A DNA stretch of 64,000 nt from a bacterium (lineage in GTDB: Bacteria > Electryoneota > Electryoneia > Electryoneales > Electryoneaceae): positions 32,001-96,000 of the forward strand of contig OY769902.1 of NCBI GenBank assembly GCA_963669175.1, read 5' to 3'. Shown here piece by piece: positions 59,784 through 64,000 of this stretch (its first letter is position 1; each line of letters begins with the position of its first letter). Under the pieces are notes generated by a model. That model did not search any database. It had not been told where the DNA came from and saw only the letters and a program-made list of their open reading frames with translations. The position numbers and the translations under genes were made by a program.

Positions 59784-62143
59784 CAGGTACGGAGGCATCG
59801 AGGAATCTTCTTCAGCACGTGAGAAACTGGCTCAGCCATCACCCGCGAATACGGAATACACTTTTCGTATTGGTGGGGATGGCTGTGCTATTTGTGTTGT
59901 TGCTGCTTGTGGTTCCCCTGCCACCGGACAGTATGAATCCTCCGGCTTCAACGGTTGTCTTTGACCATGAAGGCAAGTTGCTGCGGGTGTACCTGTCTTC
60001 CGAGGATGCCTACCTGGTCCCGGCAGCGCTGGATGACATTTCTCCCCATCTACAGGCCGCGTTTCTTACCTATGAAGACCGTTATTTTTACGCCCATCCG
60101 GGGCTGAACCCGGTCGCCATCACACGCGCTGCATGGATGAACCTGCGTGCCGGAAAGGTGCTGTCAGGCGGATCTACCATCACCCAGCAGTTGGCGCGAA
60201 TGATTGACCCACGTCCTCGTACTCTACCGGTCAAACTGCTTGAAGCCTTTCGCGCACTGCAACTCGAATTGCGGTATTCAAAGAAGGAAATCTTTACTGC
60301 CTATCTGAACCGAGTCCCCTTCGGCGGAAATGTGATCGGTGTGGAAGCGGCGTCGCAGATATACTTCGGCAAACCGTCTCGCGAACTTGGTCCGGGTGAA
60401 GCGGCGCTACTCGCAGCGATCCCCAAGTCCCCGGCGAACCTGCGTCCGGATCGTTACCCGGAAGCCGCCCGGAAACGCCGAGACGAAGTACTTCGTCGTA
60501 TGCTCGAAAACGATGTGATCACATCGGACCAGTTTGATCGCGCGATTGCGGAATCAGCGGCGCATGGCTGGAAACCGTTCCCACTCTACGCACCTCATGT
60601 TTGTGATGAGCTCGCTGCCGCTTCAGGTCGCACGGGAAGAAAATACACAACCACAATCGACCTGAAGATTCAGGAAACCGCGCGGCGCCTGCTGGAACGT
60701 CATGTCAACCAGCTACGCGGGTTCAACATCTCCAACGGCGCTTTGGTGATACTGGAAAATGAAACCGGAGCAGTTCGAGCGCTGGTGGGGTCGGCGGATT
60801 ATTTTGATGAGAAAAATGGCGGCCAGGTGAACGGCGCTCTGGCAGAACGATCCCCCGGCTCCACTCTTAAACCGTTTGTCTATGCGCTGGGCATTGATGA
60901 TGGCCTGCTGACACCTTCCACCCTGCTGGAAGACATTCCGGTGAGCTACAGCGGGTATGCCCCGGTGAACTATGACGAAACCTTCCAGGGAATGATCACC
61001 GCACAATATGCGCTTACCCATTCGCTCAATGTCCCGGCCGTCAATGTGTTGCACGACGTTGGCCTGACACGCTTGATCGGTTTCCTCCGACAAGGCGGTA
61101 TCCATACCCTGGAAAAGGGGCCGGAACATTTCGGCCTGTCGCTGATCCTGGGCGGTGTCGGGGTACGTTTGCTGGAACTGACCAACCTGTACGCCATGCT
61201 GGCGCGTCAGGGTGAGTTTATTTCCTATCGCCTGCTGGAATCCCAGCCGGTATTGCAATCCAAACGATTGCTGACTGAAGGTTCCGCCTTTATCATCACC
61301 GATATGCTGACCGAGGTGCGTCGTCCCGATTTCCCGTCCACATGGGAATACACCGCCAACCTGCCCAAGATCGCCTGGAAGACCGGGACATCATACGGCA
61401 ACCGTGATGCCTGGAGCATCGGCTATACCCCGCGCTACACCATTGGGGTATGGATCGGGAATTTCTCCGGTGTGGGCGCTCCGGCGCTGGTGGGCGCGGA
61501 TGCCGCCGGACCGTTGCTCTTCGACCTGTTCACCGCACTTGAAGCGGGAAAAGGTGAATGGTATCTGCGGCCGGTGGAGGTGGATGAACGTGAGGTCTGC
61601 GCCCTGTCCGGCATGCTGCCCGGGCCGGGCTGTACCGAAATAAAACGCGAGCTGTATCATGTGGATTATTCACTTCGTGAAGAATGTACCTTCCACCAGG
61701 TCTATGAGATCGATGATGCAACCGGCTATCGTTTGTGCCCTTCCTGCCGTGTCGGTAAGTACTATCAAGAGAAAGTGTTCGTCACCTGGCCTTCCAAAAT
61801 TACGGCGTGGCGAAGGTCTGTAGGACTTCCCCTTGAGACCATCCCGCAACATGATCCCAAATGCAGCCGTATCGCAGGAGAAAACGCCCCGTCTATCCGT
61901 TCCCCGGAAGAAGGGATCACGTACATTATTCGCAGGTTTGTGCCCCTTGAAGATCAACAGATTCCGCTTGAGGCAGCCTTTGGCAGTGATGTGAAAACGG
62001 TGTACTGGTTCGTGGACCGGGAGTTAATCTTTGAAGGAAAACCGGATCAGCTTGTTTTCTGGCCCCCGGAGCGTGGAAAACACACCGTTACATGCATGGA
62101 TGACGAGGGACGCGAAGCCAGCCGTGAGATTGTGGTGGAGTAA
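59780..62143 (+). CDS. pbpC: Penicillin-binding protein 1C
   Basis: Transglycosylase EDRYF, GGSTITQQ; transpeptidase STLK, SLN, KTGT; C-terminal PBP1C domain; overlaps the A2M stop. Confidence 0.96.
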   Translation: MTGTEASRNLLQHVRNWLSHHPRIRNTLFVLVGMAVLFVLLLLVVPLPPDSMNPPASTVVFDHEGKLLRVYLSSEDAYLVPAALDDISPHLQAAFLTYEDRYFYAHPGLNPVAITRAAWMNLRAGKVLSGGSTITQQLARMIDPRPRTLPVKLLEAFRALQLELRYSKKEIFTAYLNRVPFGGNVIGVEAASQIYFGKPSRELGPGEAALLAAIPKSPANLRPDRYPEAARKRRDEVLRRMLENDVITSDQFDRAIAESAAHGWKPFPLYAPHVCDELAAASGRTGRKYTTTIDLKIQETARRLLERHVNQLRGFNISNGALVILENETGAVRALVGSADYFDEKNGGQVNGALAERSPGSTLKPFVYALGIDDGLLTPSTLLEDIPVSYSGYAPVNYDETFQGMITAQYALTHSLNVPAVNVLHDVGLTRLIGFLRQGGIHTLEKGPEHFGLSLILGGVGVRLLELTNLYAMLARQGEFISYRLLESQPVLQSKRLLTEGSAFIITDMLTEVRRPDFPSTWEYTANLPKIAWKTGTSYGNRDAWSIGYTPRYTIGVWIGNFSGVGAPALVGADAAGPLLFDLFTALEAGKGEWYLRPVEVDEREVCALSGMLPGPGCTEIKRELYHVDYSLREECTFHQVYEIDDATGYRLCPSCRVGKYYQEKVFVTWPSKITAWRRSVGLPLETIPQHDPKCSRIAGENAPSIRSPEEGITYIIRRFVPLEDQQIPLEAAFGSDVKTVYWFVDRELIFEGKPDQLVFWPPERGKHTVTCMDDEGREASREIVVE

Positions 62144-62173
62144 TCTTGTGTTATGTTCCATTACATCCAGGAC

Positions 62174-62273
62174 GGGTTGCCCGATCCGCAAGTGATTGAT
62201 TTTCCATAGCTGATGCCGCCAGAATACTCCTACACAAGCAAGACCAATCGCTTCACTCCGAGCGCATCGGGAC
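62174..62273 (+). repeat. ~100-bp fixed-length element, copy D
   Basis: GGGTTGCCCGATCCGCAAGTGA...GAGCGCATCGGGAC, 100 bp. Confidence 0.85.
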
Positions 62274-62290
62274 TGAGCAGAAGACTCCGC

Positions 62291-62373
62291 AAAAAGGGAC
62301 AGCCACCTTATGAAACCCGACAGCAAGCAGTCGGGCCAAGCGCGCTCTACGTGGAAAGGAAACAATCCCCTTT
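62291..62373. repeat. Inverted REP-like doublet (~83 bp), AAAAGGGAC family
   Basis: AAAAGGGACAGCCACCTT / GGAAAGGAAACAATCCCCTTTT; resembles the 37.3-37.5 kb doublets. Confidence 0.7.
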
Positions 62374-62482
62374 TGCTGCTACTTGACTACAGGCGGACTG
62401 ACGCTCTATATAGAACAAACCCCGCCGGGCAGCCGTTTCCGCTTCGCTTCAGCGTGCTTCAAGCCGTCGGGGCCAGATTCTT

Positions 62483-64000
62483 TCACTGCGCATCCAGTGT
62501 TTCACGCACTTTCTGGGAGAGAGTATCCACATTGAAGGGCTTCTGGATGAAGGCCACACCTTCCTCAAGAATACCACGCTGGGCAATAACATTCGCCGTG
62601 TACCCGGACATGTACAGCGTCTTCATCCCCGGTTTCATGACTGTTAGTTTCTGGTGGAGTTGTTTCCCGTTCATGCCGGGCATAACCACATCGGTGAGCA
62701 GCAGGTGAAGATGCCCTTTATGGACATCCACCAGGCTGATGGCATCGGCTGGTGTTCTGGCGACCAGAACATGGAAACCGTCACGCTCCAGCACACGTTT
62801 TGCCAGGCGGAGAATGGACAATTCATCTTCAACCACGAGAATCGTTTCGGTCCCACGTGTTTTTTGCTTCGCCTTTGATTGTGCAGCAACCTTTTCTGTA
62901 GCGTCATGTCGAGGGAAATAGATATTGAATGTTGTACCCTCGCCAAGTGTACTGCTGGCATGGATAACACCGTTGTTCTGCTGCACGATACCGTAAATCG
63001 TGGAAAGCCCCAGCCCGGTCCCTTCGCCCAATTCCTTTGTGGTATAGAAAGGCTCGAACATACGTTCCAGTGTCTCGTCATCCATCCCGGTGCCGGTGTC
63101 CGTAATGGACAACAAGACATAATCACCCGGTAAAACAGGCATGTCTTTACGCGAATGCTGCTCGGTCAACTGGACATTTTCCGTGGAAATGGCAATCGAA
63201 CCGACTCCGGCGATGGCATCGCGGGAGTTTACGACGAGATTGGTGAGAATCTGGTCTACCTGGGATGGATCGATCAGGATCGTCCAGACATCATCCGACG
63301 TCTTGAACTCAAGCTCAATATCCTCGCCGATCAACCGCTTGAGCATTTTCCCCTGCTCAAGGATCAGACGGTTCAGGTCTACCGGTTTGGGTTTGATGAT
63401 CTGCTTGCGTGAGAAGGAAAGCAGTTGACGGGTAAGATCCGCAGAGCGATGTGCCGCCCGACCTATTTCCAGCAAGTCCTGGTATAGGGATTCACCCTCT
63501 TTAACATCATTCATGGCCATCTCTGTCGTACCAATAATGACCGCCAGCATATTGTTGAAATCGTGGGCAACCCCACCAGCCAGACGTCCGATAGCCTCCA
63601 TTTTCTGGGCTTGATTGTACTGTTCTTCCAGTTTCGCGCGTTCTTCTTCCGCCATTCTGCTTTCAACCAGTGATCCGATCAGTTGCGCAGCAAATTTCAG
63701 GCGGTGCTTGGCCATTTCGACAATGTACGGCGGCCTGGAATCATAGGCATTCGCGTGTTCAACCAGCAGGTCATAATCAATATTGTATTTTTGTGATAGC
63801 AACTGCAATAATTCAGGATCTTTGGGAGGATCGCCATAACCGAAATTGATAGAACCAACGACTTCATTGCCCGCGCAGATGGGAAGCGCATACAAACGAA
63901 TGCCGCCGTTGCATTCTATATCAACAGGTGTCTTCTGCTTAATCGCAAGCCGTGAACAAGAGTTCCAACAGGATTCATGGCATAACCATTTCCCGGATTC
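62483..64000 (-). CDS. Hybrid sensor histidine kinase/response regulator, 5'-partial, with a Cys-rich PocR-like sensor region
   Basis: Frame is open to the window end (ESGKWLCHESCWNSCSRLAI...IECNGGIRLYALPI); AGGVAHDFNN; NLVVNSRDA; GTGLGL; LVVEDE...TDVVMP. Confidence 0.92.
   Translation of the reverse strand, partial: ESGKWLCHESCWNSCSRLAIKQKTPVDIECNGGIRLYALPICAGNEVVGSINFGYGDPPKDPELLQLLSQKYNIDYDLLVEHANAYDSRPPYIVEMAKHRLKFAAQLIGSLVESRMAEEERAKLEEQYNQAQKMEAIGRLAGGVAHDFNNMLAVIIGTTEMAMNDVKEGESLYQDLLEIGRAAHRSADLTRQLLSFSRKQIIKPKPVDLNRLILEQGKMLKRLIGEDIELEFKTSDDVWTILIDPSQVDQILTNLVVNSRDAIAGVGSIAISTENVQLTEQHSRKDMPVLPGDYVLLSITDTGTGMDDETLERMFEPFYTTKELGEGTGLGLSTIYGIVQQNNGVIHASSTLGEGTTFNIYFPRHDATEKVAAQSKAKQKTRGTETILVVEDELSILRLAKRVLERDGFHVLVARTPADAISLVDVHKGHLHLLLTDVVMPGMNGKQLHQKLTVMKPGMKTLYMSGYTANVIAQRGILEEGVAFIQKPFNVDTLSQKVRETLDAQ

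Noticed and set aside
54330-62143. Alpha-2-macroglobulin plus pbpC as a novel system
   Set aside because: Well-described conserved gene pair with an intact CLEQ thioester motif.
5443-62273. 100-bp elements as CRISPR repeat-spacer units or integron attC sites
   Set aside because: They are dispersed, have inverted rather than direct ends, lack the RYYYAAC/GTTRRRY boxes and do not separate cassette-like ORFs.

Overview
Chromosomal segment of a Gram-negative bacterium, probably FCB group (inferred from six secreted proteins with a T9SS/FlgD-type C-terminal 'YP(N/Q)PFN' domain and a Cys-poor DksA). Housekeeping content: rfaE1-tRNA-Val(CAC)-rfaE2-ffh-rpsP-KH-rimM-trmD-rplS, a tolQ/tolR/TonB-like trio, an M16 peptidase pair, hsp20-lon, dksA, several two-component proteins, an orphan parA, a PpiD/SurA-like PPIase, a C25 gingipain-like protein and the alpha-2-macroglobulin/pbpC pair. 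A peroxiredoxin split in the ORF track is one selenoprotein gene (in-frame TGA at the peroxidatic site followed by a SECIS-like hairpin). The best novelty candidate is a tandem array of five paralogous ~130-aa secreted proteins I cannot assign to a family (19.66-21.90 kb), lying behind a very AT-rich region. The second is a dispersed ~100-bp element with fixed length, conserved mismatched stem ends and unrelated interiors (5 copies). Intergenic DNA holds several more REP/REPIN-like families. No transposase, integrase or CRISPR array is evident. All calls come from reading the sequence; no database searches were run.
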